Positions 35,523-50,019 of a stretch of 64,000 nt of DNA are shown piece after piece. Position numbers and translations under genes: made by a program. Origin of the DNA: Leucoraja ocellata (taxonomy: Eukaryota). The stretch is taken from positions 8,928,001 to 8,992,000 of the forward strand of contig JAWMAR010000009.1 of assembly GCA_036785375.1 (NCBI GenBank), written 5' to 3'. The notes under the pieces were generated by a model, which did no database searches, had not been told where the DNA came from, and saw nothing but the letters and a program-made list of their open reading frames with translations. Position 1 is the stretch's first letter, and every line of letters begins with the position of its first letter.

Positions 35523-38500
35523 CTGGCAACGGATCTCCTTGAATGTTCTTCATGATTTTTTACGATCAAACTAATGAGTTCATTTCTTGCCTTATACCGT
35601 GCAGTTCAATGTCTACTCAAGCCCTGAAATTACTTAATGACTCTGGACAGGGAGTTCCAAAAGACACACAACAATTCTAACTCATCTCTATCTTTTATCT
35701 TGATTGTAAATCAAAAAACTGCAGTTTGTTGATTTTTGAGCAAACCTATAAGTGTTGAATACAGAAAATGCTGGGAAAACACAATAGGTAAGCAGCAGCT
35801 GTGGACAGAGACAGTCAACGTTTTAGGTCAATAATCCTTCATGAGAACTGCAAATATGAATTCTGGTTGGTGGGAAAGCTTGGAGACTACACACAAAATC
35901 ACTTATGGTTGCCCAATTCACACAGTGCTTTTAAAGTTGTCTACCTGCCATGTAGTGGAAAAAGCAATCAGCTCTAAGAATTCAGCCAGTCAAACAGCAT
36001 TCGTGGAGGGAAACAGAAAGTCAAGATTTCGGGTCAACACCCAGTCCAGAGGAAAGGTCTTGACCTGAAATGGCGTCCATTCGTTTCGCTCCACAGATGC
36101 TGCTTGACCTGCCGTTCCTACAGCAGATGGTATTTCGCTCAGGATTCAGCATTCTTAAGATGCTACATAAACAGTCATTGCACAATAGTACACAGATTTG
36201 GTGTTAATATATCAGCAAGGATGTCATCCAATGGCAAGGGTGCAGAGATTTATGGACCGAGCTGCTGGAGGAGGTAGTTGAGGCAGGTACTATCACAGTG
36301 TTTAAGACACATTTGGATAAGTACATGGATAGGATAGGTTTACAGGGATATGGGCCAAATGCATACAGATTGGACTACTGTAAATGGAGCATGTTGGTCG
36401 GTATGGACAACTGGGCTGAAGGGCCTGTTTCTACGCCATATGACTCCATATCCAACTAACAGAAAATAGCCACCCAGGATAAATTAGTAATTTTCATTGC
36501 ATTAGGTTACTTATGGGGAGCCACAGGTGCTAAAGCCCATGACACAGGATCAACTGTACTGTATACAAATCCACTGATGATATAAAGGCAGGCGAGTTAG
36601 TAAATTGTGAGATGGACACAAAGAGACTGCAGGGTAAAATAAAAGGTATATTAAATGAGTAAGCAGATGAAAAGCACCGTGGGAAATTATCAGGTTTTCC
36701 ATTTTGGAATGGAAAAAAAAGTATATTATTACTTAAATGGAATGAGACCACAAATATTGCAAAGTGATCTGTGAAATCATGTACATGAAACATGAAGTTA
36801 GCATATCGCGGCAAATAATTAGGAAGGCTAGTTGCACGTAGTATAAGAGTAGCAACGTTTTAATGCAACTTTACAGCATGGTGGTGAGACCACACCTGGG
36901 GTGATGTAGGTAGTTTTGCTTTTAATATTTAAAGAAGGATGTACTCAAACGAAAGGCAGCACAGTCATGGTTCACTAGGTCGATGCTCTGGATGAAAAAG
37001 GTCATTTACAAAGGAAGTTCGACCAGGTTGCACTGATATTCAGTGGCGTTTAGAAGAATTACAAGTAATCTGATTGAAACATAAGATTCTAAGTAGGATT
37101 GACGGGATGGATTTAGAGAAGTTGTTTATTTTAATGGGGATATCTGGAACTGGGGGGCAGAGCATAATTTCAGAGTAATACGAGGCAAAGATCTTAGACT
37201 TATACAGAACAGAAAGTGGTCCTTCAACCCACCAGGTCAGCATCTTTCCAACTTTGCCTATTTAAGGGCAAAAGACAAACTCTGGAAGAACTCCAGGTGA
37301 ACCAGCAAGCCTTTTTGGGGTTTTTTTGCTCTAGATGTATTGTGTGTTCGCTTTTGTTTCATTAGTGTCTGACCAAGTAGGTGAAGGAGGAATTTCTTCC
37401 CTCACAAGACCATTACAAAATATGAATGAGGTTGGGCCATCTGGCCTCTCAAATCTCCCCTACCATTCAACATGATCTGCTTTATGCTGGCCTCGGTTCT
37501 TCCTCTGGGAGAGCCACACAGCCCTCAAATCCACAATCTTACAAAAATGCACCTTCACCTTTATTTTAATGATAATGCTTAAATTTTCTGGGGTAGAGAA
37601 TTCCAGAGATTCACCACCCTTCACAAGACAATAATTGTATTATAAATTAATAGATGGTGTTACTTTAGTGCTTGTTGGAAATTTTTGTCAAAACACTATC
37701 GTAATCCCACAAGATGAAATGAAAGTCTGTATCAAAAGCATCATATATTTGGAAAATATTAAACAATTACACTTGAAAACTAATATATGAGCACATTATA
37801 CAGGCCATCCAAGTGTGAGTGTTTGCTTTGAACTTACTTTGTTAGAAAATGACACACAAAGATTCAAAAGGAATAATTTTGAAGAAAAACGTGGGCCAAA
37901 TTATTTCATTCCTTCATGATCTGAAGCAAGTTGTTTTTCCAAATGTCACTCAACACAACTTGATTTGCCAATGGTGGTGTGAAAAAGCAATTTTGGTACT
38001 GAATAAAATGACACGGTGTAGGCCATGAAAACCTTTTATTGAAGCGCCCTGGACAACCTGTGCTACATACATCTGTTATCTGTGACAGACATGGACACGA
38101 TTGTGCATTTTCCTGTTGACTTTTTAAACTGTGTCACTATCTGATGTGCCATTACATAATCTTGAACCATAAGAATACACTCGAGTCATGCTACTCAGGA
38201 ATATGGAACCATCAATATAATGCAATTGCACATGATTATCAATTCAAAAATTACTACCACATGTACCATAATAACCGGTAATGCAGTTGGAGGAAATTAC
38301 TTCATCCCTCAGATACTGGTTATCCTATCTGATCTACGTTGGACTATTGCAACGTTTAAGATGCAGTTAGACAGTTACATGGATAGGACAGGTTTGAAGG
38401 GATATGGACCAAACACAGGCAGGTTGGAGCTTCAACCGACCCGATCGCGGGAGCTTCAATCACCCTGACGTGGGAGCTTCGATCGCCGGCTGCGGGAGCT

Positions 38501-39016
38501 TCAATCACCCCGACCGTGGGAGAACAGGAGGAAAGAAGATAAAACTTTATTGCCTTCCATCACAGTGGTGAATGGGGGGGGGGGGGGGGGCGTTTATGTC
38601 ACATTTTTATGTAGTTGTGTGTCTTGTTGCTTTTTTTGGTATGACTGTATGGCAAACCAAATTCCGCGTGTGTTGCAAAACATACTTGGCTAATAAATTA
38701 CGATTATGATTATGAAGAACAATCATTACAACATGTTGGCCTTAATTTCTCAGTGATGTTTCCATGGTCAATTCTATGTTCATTACTCCAGTATTGGGCA
38801 TAAAAATAATCCACACATCTTTTACACTAAATTAAAAAGAAAGTGTATTCTGAATCACTTCAATATTAAAATGTTTTTATACATTGTGCATGTGTACACT
38901 ACTACATATAGGAAATGTGATTTTTGCACATTTATTTTGTGTGCATATTGTAATTGGTAACTTTAATTTTAACCCCCAATAACATAATTCATGGGGTAAT
39001 TCAACTTTAAAGTTTA

Positions 39017-39334
39017 CTAGACCAAGTGCAGACCCGTTGGGTCTGTTTCCCCAACGCACGTTTGCGGGGGGGGGGGGGGGGGGGGGGGGGGGGAGTGAGG
39101 TGCGGCGTCACACTAACCACCTGGGTCTATTGGGTCTGTTCCTCCAAAGCACGGTTGCGCGGTGGGAATCTGGCTGGGGCTGGTGCATAGGCATATGTAA
39201 ATGGATCCATCCCGATTGGACATGTGTGAGCATTGGGCATTGTGACATCACACGATGGAAACAAATCAAAAGGCAGACAGGCAGCCGGACGGACGCCGGA
39301 CGGCGGAAGCCACAGACTTCTATATATAGATAGA
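39017..39334 (-). mobile_element. Non-autonomous Helitron
   Basis: Minus strand: A|TCTATCTATATATAG 5' end, subterminal hairpin AGACCC-AAC-GGGTCT, 3' CTAG|T; no TSD. Confidence 0.8.
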
Positions 39335-40523
39335 TTTAATTTACAAGGAGTGAAATAAAACCCAACTACATGAAAAATGAGAACACCATGATTGCCAGCA
39401 TGATAACCTGAGTGACGATGGATATTGCAGTCAGTTCAATAGTAAAATGAACAATAAAAATTTGAAGCCAAATATGGAAAATGCTGGAAGCTTTCAGAAG
39501 TTCAGAGAACTTGCATCCAAAATTTTCGCTTTCAGATCTGATCATCTGGCTAAGAAATTACTGCATTTTCTAGAATTCATCACGACAAACAACTAACGCA
39601 ATACTCAACCATTCCACAACCATCGCCGAGGGTTCATTTAGATAAGTACTGGGAAGCATCAGCTTCACTGATTGGTATGAGAGCTTTATATAGACACAAA
39701 GAATTGTGTCTTACAGGAGAACCAGGGAAACATATTGCAAATATTGAACAGTAAAGAAAATTAAAAACTGCTTAAATCATATGAGTCAAATCAAGAAAGT
39801 CAATTTTCTTTTGCCAAGTGGGTTGTGGAAGTAGGGATATCATGCAAAGAATCTCACACAGGTTATTATACAAGTATATAATATTGAGCTAGAGCACTGA
39901 CAGGCTGAAGGTTACAACATTAAAAGTGAAAAGGCACCAGACACAAATGGACTTCAGCATAAATAAGTTTATTTTGCAACAGTGTCCAATGAAAAAGCAA
40001 ATGCTAACTATAATCTTAGACTATGTAACATCTGAACCAACTGTCTGAACAGAATCCGATGATATATGGTATCCACATTGATTCCACGTTAAAAATAAAT
40101 AAAATTAAATTGCATTTGGAGCTCTTTTGGAAAGTTTCAATCTAGACATGTTTAGGTTTGAATATAACCGCAAATATTTTATTTTGATGTCTCGACCTTC
40201 CATGAAATACAAACATCGTGGATCTTTGTAACTCATCTGCTTCGGATGATGGTATTTATGTTGCATTAGCTCATTGATTAATTTAATTATGTGCATTTGA
40301 TCAGATGTTTCAGGTGTTTCTATGAAACAAACTAGAAGTGTATAAAAAGGGAAATCAACAAATTGCATTCCGAACATAATTGCATTCAGAACATCAAAGA
40401 TATTAAGAAAGAAAGTTACCATGTATACTGTGTTCTCTATGAGCTTCATTGCACCCTATAACAATAAACTAATCTGAATCTGACGTGACCCAGACAGAGA
40501 GAAAGAGTCAAATTGATCTCTAA

Positions 40524-40822
40524 AGCCCCTGTCCCACTGTACGAGGTAATTCAAGAGGTCTCCCGAGTTTAAAAAAAAACTTGTGGTAAGTACGTAGAAT
40601 GTACTTACCGGGTACGTCGGAGCTTGGAACGTCTCTTAGCAGCTCGCAACACTAAAGGCAGGTGTTCTGGAAACGCGGTAAACTCGTGAAGTTTTTTCAA
40701 CAGTGTGAAAAATGTCCACGAGAGCCCCGAGTACCTACGAACGGCCATTACCGTAATTCTCCGAGTTCGAATCAGGGGAAACGCAGGAGAATTTAATTAC
40801 CTCGTACAGTGGGACAGGGGCA
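40524..40822. mobile_element. PIF/Harbinger-like MITE, complete
   Basis: 27-bp TIR gcccctgtcccactgtacgaggtaatt; TAA/TTA flanks. Confidence 0.8.
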
Positions 40823-42377
40823 TTAGATGAGATTCAACAAACCCATACACCAACCTCTATGTCTATGTCAGTGTCAGACAAAACTATGTCAGTTTTCTGA
40901 AATGTAAATTCATGCCTGCCAACATTGGCACAATAACTTACCACCAAATAGTCCCACGTCCTGCAGGCTCTCGACACCCAGCTTTTCAGACACCCACCGC
41001 TAGGGCAGCAATTCCAAAAAAAGACATGGCAACAAAAAGAGAACCACCATTAATAGCTTTACTATACACTTCTGTGATATTTTACATAGCTTTCATTGTG
41101 CTAAAAATAAACAAATTGCAACATCAGAACCAGATGAACATCATGTAATGCTGAAGAACCCCTGGGGTAGATGAAAAACACCATTGTGAACCACACACTA
41201 CCACCATGGAGATGTCAAAACCTGCCTCCAGTGAGTGTCACAGAGATGGTGAAGATGAATACCACCCTGTCCACCAGAAATGGCAGAAGGTAATGACTTA
41301 ACAAATTCCACAACTCGGATCATACAAGGCCACAATGGAGGAGGGTACCTCAAACTAGAGGAATAGATACAGGTGTTTTTCTTTTCTGTTTTTGATTATT
41401 AGAAGAATCCTTGTGAATTATAGTTTGTGGCCATCTGTTCTCTTTGTGCAGAACCAGACAAAACACATTTGGTTGTTAGGCAGTAGGCATTCAATAGAGA
41501 AATTATATCTCTCTCTCTCCATCTCCTTTGTTAATTATAATCACTGACTATTCTGGAGTATTTTAGATAGAATGTTGGTGGTATCTAGATTTGTCAGCTT
41601 GCAATCACCTTCAATCTTTACAATGGCTTTTGTTTACAAAAAAAGTTTGTTGCTTTCATTTGACCCGATTCCTAACCATTTCTGGATCCTTTGAGAAGAT
41701 ATCCGTAACTGTTGCATATATTTCAGCCATTTTTTCTTCCAGTGAAAAACTGATTTACAGCAGGATCTTGATGAGAAAGATTTTGCCCAGCATTATGAAC
41801 CCCAAATATAGATCTAACATGAAATAAGTGTGGCTAAGGGGAGAATCTTATAGATGTTTATAAAAATATGAGGGACATAATTTTGAGGGACATAACCTGA
41901 CTCTTGGGCCCCACCTAACGCACTGGCCCTCCTCACAGAATGGCCGACTCCATTTTCCAACTCTCGGATCCGACTGGATGAAGCCAGGAACTTAGGAAAT
42001 GTGGGAGATGTGCTGGTTTTCAGTCGAGATTGAAACAACATGGTTTCAAGGTGAAATGGGAGAAATTTAAAGGAGATCTGAAGGGTAAACTTTTCACACT
42101 GAGAGTGGTAGTGATCTGGAACAAGACGCCAGAATATCGTAAGGGCAAATACAATGACAATGTTCCAAGTAATTTGGACAACTACTTGGATAGAAAAGGC
42201 ATAAAGGGACGCTGGCCTAATGTAAGCAAATGGAATTAGTGTAGATAGGCATCACAGTCTGCATGGATAATGTTGGCTGAAACCACCCATTTCTGTGCCG
42301 TTTGATTCCATGGTAGGAAACTATGAGGTATTGAAACAAATAAGGAACAACATGAACTAAAATGAAACTTGACTTAC

Positions 42378-42389
42378 CAAAAATGACAT
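42378..42389 (-). CDS. STRADA: STRADA first coding segment (MSFL); exon probably begins at 42433
   Basis: ATG TCA TTT TTG followed by a gtaagt donor; identical to the STRAD-alpha N-terminus MSFL. Confidence 0.85.
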
Positions 42390-43800
42390 GGGAAAGCTGG
42401 ATTGTCACTAAACAGGCACTTCCATTAGGAGATCTAGTTTAAAACAGAAAATTGTTATAAGAACATCGGGAAGAAAAGACAGTTATGCCATGTGTGAATA
42501 TGTGAGACAAGAGTGCTGGAGTAGCTCAGAGGCAAGGCAGCATCTCTGGAGAACATGGATAGATGACGTGTCTGGTCGGGAGTATTGAGAAACATAGTGA
42601 CTTTGTTTTTTAAAGTCCAAACATCCCTGATGGAGGCACCACAGGTGGGTAGGGTGGTGAAGGTGGCTCTACTTCCTTCTTTAGTTTACTTCCTTCATTA
42701 CTCAGGGTGTAGAACAGAAGTGCATGGAGATTATAAAATATTGATTAGGCTATAATAACTGGGGTGCTCTGCATAGTTCTGGTTAACGCACTATTGGAAA
42801 GGCTTGATTGCACTGAAGAAAGTGCAAAGGAGATTCAAAAGGATGTTCCCTGTGATGGTGCTTTTCAGGTATGAGGAGGACACATTGAGGGGTAGATTTC
42901 CTTGGACTACAGGAAATCGAGGAGGGACCTGATAAAGTTGTACAGAATGATGAGAGGCATACATAGGATAATGGTAAACTTTCCCCCGTGGTCAAGCTGT
43001 CTAAAACTAGAAGACATAGCTTTAGGATAATGGATAAGAGATTTTGAGGTGATCTGGAAAATACTTTTTTTTCCAACTGAGTGGGTGGTTGGAATCTGGA
43101 ACCCACTGTCTGAGGGGTGGTGGAGGCAGATATTTAAGAAATATTCAGGTGACTATTTATTTTTTTCTACCTTGACTCCATCTTTTCTCTCCTGCTCTGG
43201 TCCCTTCCCACCTAAACCTTCGCTACTTTGAATTTCCAATTCCTGGTCCTAACTACTGTCTTCACCATGAACATACAACCCTTCTACATCACCATCTCAT
43301 GTCAGAAATGTATAAGGGCTCTCTACTAATTGTCCAAGGGTGACCATGAGCTTTGCATTGCCTACGACTTCATCTCTGATATTGTTCTGTGGCACTGTTC
43401 GTAGAGACGCTGCATCATAGACATGGGTTTAATGTTGACCCTGGGTGTTCTGTGTGGAATTCTCCTCCAGGTTCTCAGTTTCCTCCCAAATCCCCAAGAT
43501 GTACGGCTGGTAGGTTATGCATAGTCGAGTATTTGCTCCAATCAGCATCAAATGGTTGAGAGCTTCAAGCTCCATGGCGTGACTCCATCTACAATTCATG
43601 CTGCCATCATAATCAAAGAATTATCGCAGTCATCGGCCCTTCTATTCCTAGGTATCATTTAGACTTTGCTTTATTTTAGAGATACAGCGTGTAAATAGCC
43701 ACTTCGGCCCACCGAGACCGCGTTGATAAGCGATCACTCCATACGCTAGCACTATCCTACACATTAGGGACAATTTACAGAAGCCAATTAACCTACAAAC

Positions 43801-43951
43801 CTGGAAAGACACAAAATGCTTCTGAAGAAGAGTCTCGACCCAAAACGTCACCCATTCCTCCCCCCCAGAGATGCTGCCTGTCCCGCTGAGTTACTCCAGC
43901 ACTTTGTGCCTATCTTAGATTTAAACCAGCATCTGCAGTTCTTTCCTACAC
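43801..43951 (+). mobile_element. Penelope-like insertion nested in a SINE, 11-bp TSD AACCTACAAAC
   Basis: Short inverted pLTR piece plus direct pLTR with a mutated hammerhead core; TSD at 43790-43800 and 43952-43962. Confidence 0.75.
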
Positions 43952-45767
43952 AACCTACAAACTTGTATGTCTTTGGAATATGAGTGGAAACCAGAGCACA
44001 CGGAGAAAACCCATGCAGTCACAGGGAGAACATACAAACTCCGTAAAGACAGCACCCGTAGTTGGGATCGAACCCGGGTATCTGGCACTGTAAGGCAGCA
44101 ACTCTACTGCTGCGTCACTGTGCCGATTTTCTATTTGGTGGTGTTTCTAATTGATCCAAGGTGATATTTAGGTAGCTGGGCTACAGTTCCCAGGACACAT
44201 TCTATGCATTTCATATGAATGCATTGTGAGTGCTGCACAAGTCCTCCATCACCTTAATATGCTATTGACCATTGGTGGCAGTGTGCCTGCTATTTTTTCT
44301 TCCAGACTTTATTTATAAAATGCATATGCAATCCATCCAGGATGGAAGCTTTATCACATTTGGTCTGTTTATTTATGAATTCACTTGTTTTCTCCTCCTC
44401 CCTCATCTCATCATCCCACCTTCTATTTCACGTAGATACTAAAGCAAAATTCAGGCATTATGGGGGGTGGGGGGGAAAGAAGAGAGAGAAAGGGTTTGTG
44501 TTCCTAGAAAATGCTCCACATTGCAATTTTCCTTATCATGAAGCCAAGTATCTGTGCATATGTCAAGAAGGGAGTTGGAAAAAGAGTGATTTATTTACTT
44601 TTTTCACATGAAATCCATGAGATAAAGTTTCATTTCTTATCAAAAACCTTTGGCAATGGGTAAATATCAGTAATCCAAACATAACATGGGATTACCTGCA
44701 ATGATTTGACATTTCTGCCATCTCTAACGATACTAAACTGACAATCCCTGAATATACCTGCTTCCATTCCAGTATGAGGAAGGGTTCTGAGCAGAAAGAC
44801 ACCTATCCATGTACCTGTATTCCAGAGATGCCGCCTGACCCACTGAGTTACTGCAGCACTCTGCATCTTTTATTTGTAAACCAGAAACTACAGTTCCTTA
44901 TGTCTCCATTCTTATCTGTTTTTGCGGGGTGTAGGGTTTAAAGTAATATTTTTTTACCTTTATAATTTAACTTCTAAATTCCACTTACGGTTGTTTTTTT
45001 TTACTTCTTTACCAATCCCTTTGTATCTTCTCTCACCTTAGACGCCTCAGCTGATTTGGACCTAGACGGCAATTGTTCTCTTTATCTTTACTCAGCCACG
45101 GACTCTCACAAATGTCCAGTTTGTTTTTCCTTGCAGCAGAACATTTCCTGCATTCCATTTCAAATGTTCACCGACTTTTAGCTATTTTATCCTCCAAATT
45201 TAAGTCTCAGCCCCTCAAAAACCAGTTTTACTCCAATCTATAAATCTGTTTTTTTGTCATGTTTATACCTATCTTCACCCTAAAGCACAATATATTATGA
45301 TTTCTATTGGCTCTATGTTGTCTCATCTTCACTTCTATCAGCCTTGATTAATTCTTTATTAATCAAAGCTTCTGGCAGATGTTGAGGTGTGAATCACTTC
45401 TGTTGAAGTGAGGGGAAATCAGATCACCCTAAAAGAGTAAAAGATGTAGTGGTACCCAGGAACAACCCTGCAGCACACAGTAACATTACATATTGCCAGT
45501 ATCAGGCATACATCCACAGATTTTCCAAAAAAAATATCAGAGGCAGCAATGCTCAGGAGAATGGGTGGTGGGGTGACACCCAGACGCACACCAGCTCAAA
45601 TAGTACGGCCCTAAGAACAAAGATATATAATTTGGCCTGTTTTACACTCCACACGAAGAGACGACGTTTGAAACATGGAACATCAGGATTATCATGGACA
45701 ACCCTAGTCAGAATTGACCCGATTGCCATTCTGCTTAAATTGCAGATAAAATTACAATGCGATACAC

Positions 45768-46430
45768 CACCGGGTGGCGCCAGCAATGGCTTCTTCGCCA
45801 ACAGTCTGTCCTTTCCTTCTTTGTGTTTCAATTGTATGTGTTAAATGTGTTTTTAGTGTTCTTTAGCTGTAGGTGGTTGGGGAAATGCTTTCTAATCTCT
45901 TACCTCGAGGGGAATGCAATCCGTATCGTATCTCTGTCTGCACCTTGGCCTAACATTAAGGAGTTGGCGGCCTTTGCTGGAGATCGATTTTGAGAACTCC
46001 ACCGCAGTCACCTGCGGACTTGCCATCGAGAAGCCCACGATTCCTTTGCCAGTGGTCAACCTTGGACCTCCAACCGTGGGTGCTTGCGGACTTAACATCA
46101 CGGAGTCCACGGTCTCTGGTCAGAGACCGACTTCGATAACTCCAAAGGCGGTCAAACCTCCGTGGGAGATTTGACCGCCCCGACACGGGGACTTCGACCG
46201 CTTCGATGGATGGTTCAACTGCCGCGACCGTGGGAGAATAAAGAGGAAGAAGATTGGACATTTTTGCCTTCCATCAGTGAGGCATGTGGGGAATCCGCTG
46301 TGGTGAATGTTTATGTTAACCTTTATGTAGTTGTGTGTCTTGTTGCTTTTTTTTCGTAAGGCTGTATGGTAATTTGCATATCACTGCACCTTTATTGGTA
46401 CACGTGACAATAAAAGACCTTTGAAACACT
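45768..46430 (+). mobile_element. Non-autonomous retroelement-like repeat, copy B
   Basis: Collinear with 9940-10565; ends ggtacacgtgacaataaaagacctttgaaac. Confidence 0.65.
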
Positions 46431-47899
46431 TGACCTGCTTCTGGAATCAGAATCCAAAAGAGAAAGTCTGCTTTGCTGGCATGAATAGGTTACTCAGGTG
46501 TATTTTCATCCTGAGATGCTGTCTCACTCGTTGAGTTACTCTCGCAGTTTATGTCTATCTTTGGTATAAACCAGCATATGTAGTTCTTTATTTCTCCAAA
46601 ATGGCACAACTGTTTGAGAGGTAATGACTACAGGAGACTCCTGAACAACTTGGAGGTCATCCACCTCTTAATATACCTGGTGTGCCAACATGGTACAATC
46701 TATGACATTTTCCACATCCCCAATTCTCAATGCAGTCAGAAAAGATTTGTAGCTGGGCACATTTCCTGTAGGCAGTCACCACGAAAATGGAAATTCCCTG
46801 ATCTCCCAAATCCAGCAGGAGGAGCACACCACTGCCCTAGCTTCTATATCCTTTTTTCCCAGTCCCTTCTACTGAAAATAAAACCCTAACTAATCACTTC
46901 TCAGTCCCTCACCAGACCCAGGCAGCACTGATTCATATTAAGTCACCTCCTATGTTTGACTGCCTCCAGCTTCCTTGTTTTATACCGAGCACTGTGTGCA
47001 AAGCTCTGCAGACAAAAACTCATTTTTAAAAGGATTTCATAATCTAAATATCTAACCATCATTTTAGACCCATTTCTTAGCTGTAACTGCCCTTCCTTTA
47101 TTCTTGTTAATGCTCGTTTCAAGTTCAGTTTATATTTCAGCTTACATTTCTTTTCCTTTTCCCCTTACTTGCTTAAAATCAGTGCCCCTTCTTCGAGTTC
47201 AGGAAGGGCCCATCTCCAGTATCAGAAATAGTGCATTAATGCATTAACTCTTTCCCACAGCAGCTCATGAATTCTCCTGATCCAAGTACTTATTTGCCAA
47301 TTTGTACATGCTCTTGGTTCGCTTTTAACTTGGATCCTATTACATGATACTTTTTCAAAAATAACTTATTTCTCTTCCTACCAATGCTGTTTGTTTCAGA
47401 TTGGTCACAACAGCACATTTTCCCTCCATTTAGGAGCTCTTTTCCAGCAGCCATGAGGGTAACACAACCCTTAGAATTTGTGTTCTTGGTTATAGACCAT
47501 TATTTTTTTCCCCCAAAAGCAACCTGATTGTAGTCCCCTACATTCTATATTTCTATCTATTCCATCCTTGTTCAGATAGCCTTCTTGGCCAGGTACATGG
47601 GATAACATCTAGTTTTTAAAATAGTGCAATAGGAATTCTTACATTCATCAATATAATGTATGGATTGCAAATGTATTAATCTATTGTATGATCACACATC
47701 AATAACCTGTGAACAAAGATACAGTCAAGGTTTCCCTCAGACCACAAAGCTGTAGATCTCAACTTTGTTTAGTTTAGTTTAGAGATATAGCACGAGTCTG
47801 CACCCACCAGCAATCCCCGCATATTAACACTACCCTACACACACCAGGGACAATTTTACATTTACACCAAGCCAATTGACCTGCAAACCTGTACATATA

Positions 47900-49150
47900 C
47901 TGTACATTAGGTCCATATACCTACTACCCTTTGTGCCAAAAAGGTTGCCCCTCAGGATACTATTAAATATTTCCCCCCCTCACCTAAACCCATGTCCTCT
48001 GGATCTTGATGTGCCTACTTTGCTTAAAAGACTCGGTGCATTTACCTTATCTATTCCTCTCATGATCTTATACACTTCTATAAGAATTGCCGAATTAAAC
48101 TCCATTAGCCATTCCATGGTGCACATACCCAGCTGATCAAAATCCTACTGTACCTCGTGGTAGCCATCTTCACGGCACAATATCGCCTATTTCAGTGTCT
48201 TCTGCAAATTTACTGATCATGCTGTGCACATTCTCATCCAAAGAATTGATATAGATGGCATATTGCAATGCGCCAAGCATCAATCTCCAAAGCACCCTCC
48301 TAGTCACAAGCCTACAGTACAAAAAACAACCTTCCACCAAACTCTGCTTCCTTCTATGAAGATAATCCAGTTAGTTAGCTCTCCATGGATCCCATGCAAT
48401 TAAACCTTCGAGAGCACCCTACGATGCAGAACATTATCAAAGGCCTTGGTAGAATCCATATGGATTATGTCTATGCCATACGCTCACCAAACCCTGGTTA
48501 CTTCTTCTAAAAACTCAATAAAATTCATGAGACACAACTCCCCCATACAAAAACATATTGATAAACCCTAATCAACCCCTTTTTGCAAATCCATGTGTAT
48601 GCATATTCCTCACAATCTTCTTCAGAAACTTTCCTACCACATTTCTTAAGGCTTACTGGTCTATAGTTCCCAGGTTTTTCTTAGCAGCTGGTCATCAACC
48701 GAGGCCCAAAATTTGCCACACTCCAGTCTTCTAGCACTTCGCCCCTGTCCAACAATCATTCATTATCTAAGCCAGGATTCCTGCAATTTCTTCTGCATCC
48801 CACACGGCCGCAAAAATTGGCGTCCTGATGTTATGAAAGACCTGGGAGATTTATCTACCATCATGGTCCTGTATAGTTCTGACCACAATATAGAAAGGAC
48901 ACGATTGTACTGAAAGTGCAGAGGATATTCTGCAAGGTGCTCTCTAGGGTAAAAAATTTCAGTTGTGAGGCAAATTTGAATTTGTTTACTTTGGAGCCGA
49001 GGAAGCTGCGAAGGAACCTAATTGTGAAACACAAATTATGAGCAGCGTAGATTAGACAGGTAGCAAACAAGTTCTCCCCTTTGCAAAGGCATAGAAAACC
49101 AGAGGTTTATACATGTTGTCAAACCAGAGTTGATATAGAGGAGCATGAGG
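47900..49150. mobile_element. Degraded CR1-type LINE RT fragments in both orientations
   Basis: atcaaaggccttg (DF.KAFD on the minus strand) and other RT remnants. Confidence 0.65.
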
Positions 49151-49560
49151 AGATTATGGTGTTGGAGAGATACAAGAATTTCTTTCATCTAAAGGATGTT
49201 TGGATCTTGAAAGTATTGCTTTAGAGTAAGGGACAAGGCCTGGATCTCACACTTCCTCTCGCAATATTGCACCCGAGTCAATCATCCAGGATGGGGTTAG
49301 CTCTCAAACCTCCGCCTCTGGTAATGGACAGCGGCACCGATTAAATGCGTACAAAGTGCCGTCTCTCTAGTAACCACCCGCAGGTCCGCGCCCCCAAAGG
49401 CCAAGCTGCCCGAACGCTGCGGCTGCTGCTCGACCCACCTGCCGCGACCTGCGGCCGCTCTCCAGCGACTGGGAGTGCGAGCAACCACGAGCTCTGGCTG
49501 CCTTTCCGCGACGGGCTGGCAACGATGACCGTGCAAAGCCTCAGCCCCTCACTCACTCAC

Positions 49561-49700
49561 CTCACTGCACCTCGGCCAGCGCTCTCCTCTGGGCGGGTAC
49601 ATCCGCCAGATGTCCCGCCTCCACCAGTCACCGCCATTGGTGCAGCTCCAGAGCGTGACGTCGGCGGCCAGGGAGCGGCCACCCATTCCGGCCTGTGATT
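49561..49700 (-). other. STRADA: Putative non-coding exon 1 of STRADA (5' end approximate)
   Basis: CpG-rich segment ending in a GAG|gtgagtgagt donor at 49561/49560; YY1-like CAATGGCGG nearby. Confidence 0.6.
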
Positions 49701-50019
49701 GGAGCACCCAGCCATCAATCATCCTCCACCTGCTCCTCCCCCAGCGCTCGGTCGCCAGGACGTTGCTAAATACAATCCCGGTCTCCATTACTTTTCGATT
49801 TAAAAAAAATAACGAGCGATTGTCTGCACGTAGCAGAACTCCAGCTGTTATTATCCAGGCGCTTGGTGATCGACATTTTTGTGTGTGTGTGTGGGGGGGG
49901 TCGTCGTCGTTGCACTTTGACCCAGTGACATCACGTAGTTTAATCGCGACGTTGTCTGAGTTTTTAAGTTTGTTGGCGCGGGTGAAACTGGGCAGGAGTT
50001 AGAACCGGGCCGACGGAGC

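Noticed and set aside
43690-44125. tRNA-like B-box (GGTTCGATCCC on the minus strand)
   Set aside because: Head of a tRNA-derived SINE, not a tRNA gene; no cloverleaf.
44695-44747. Possible extra STRADA 5' UTR exon (tattcag...CAG|gtaatc)
   Set aside because: Splice-like signals only; cannot be supported without transcripts.
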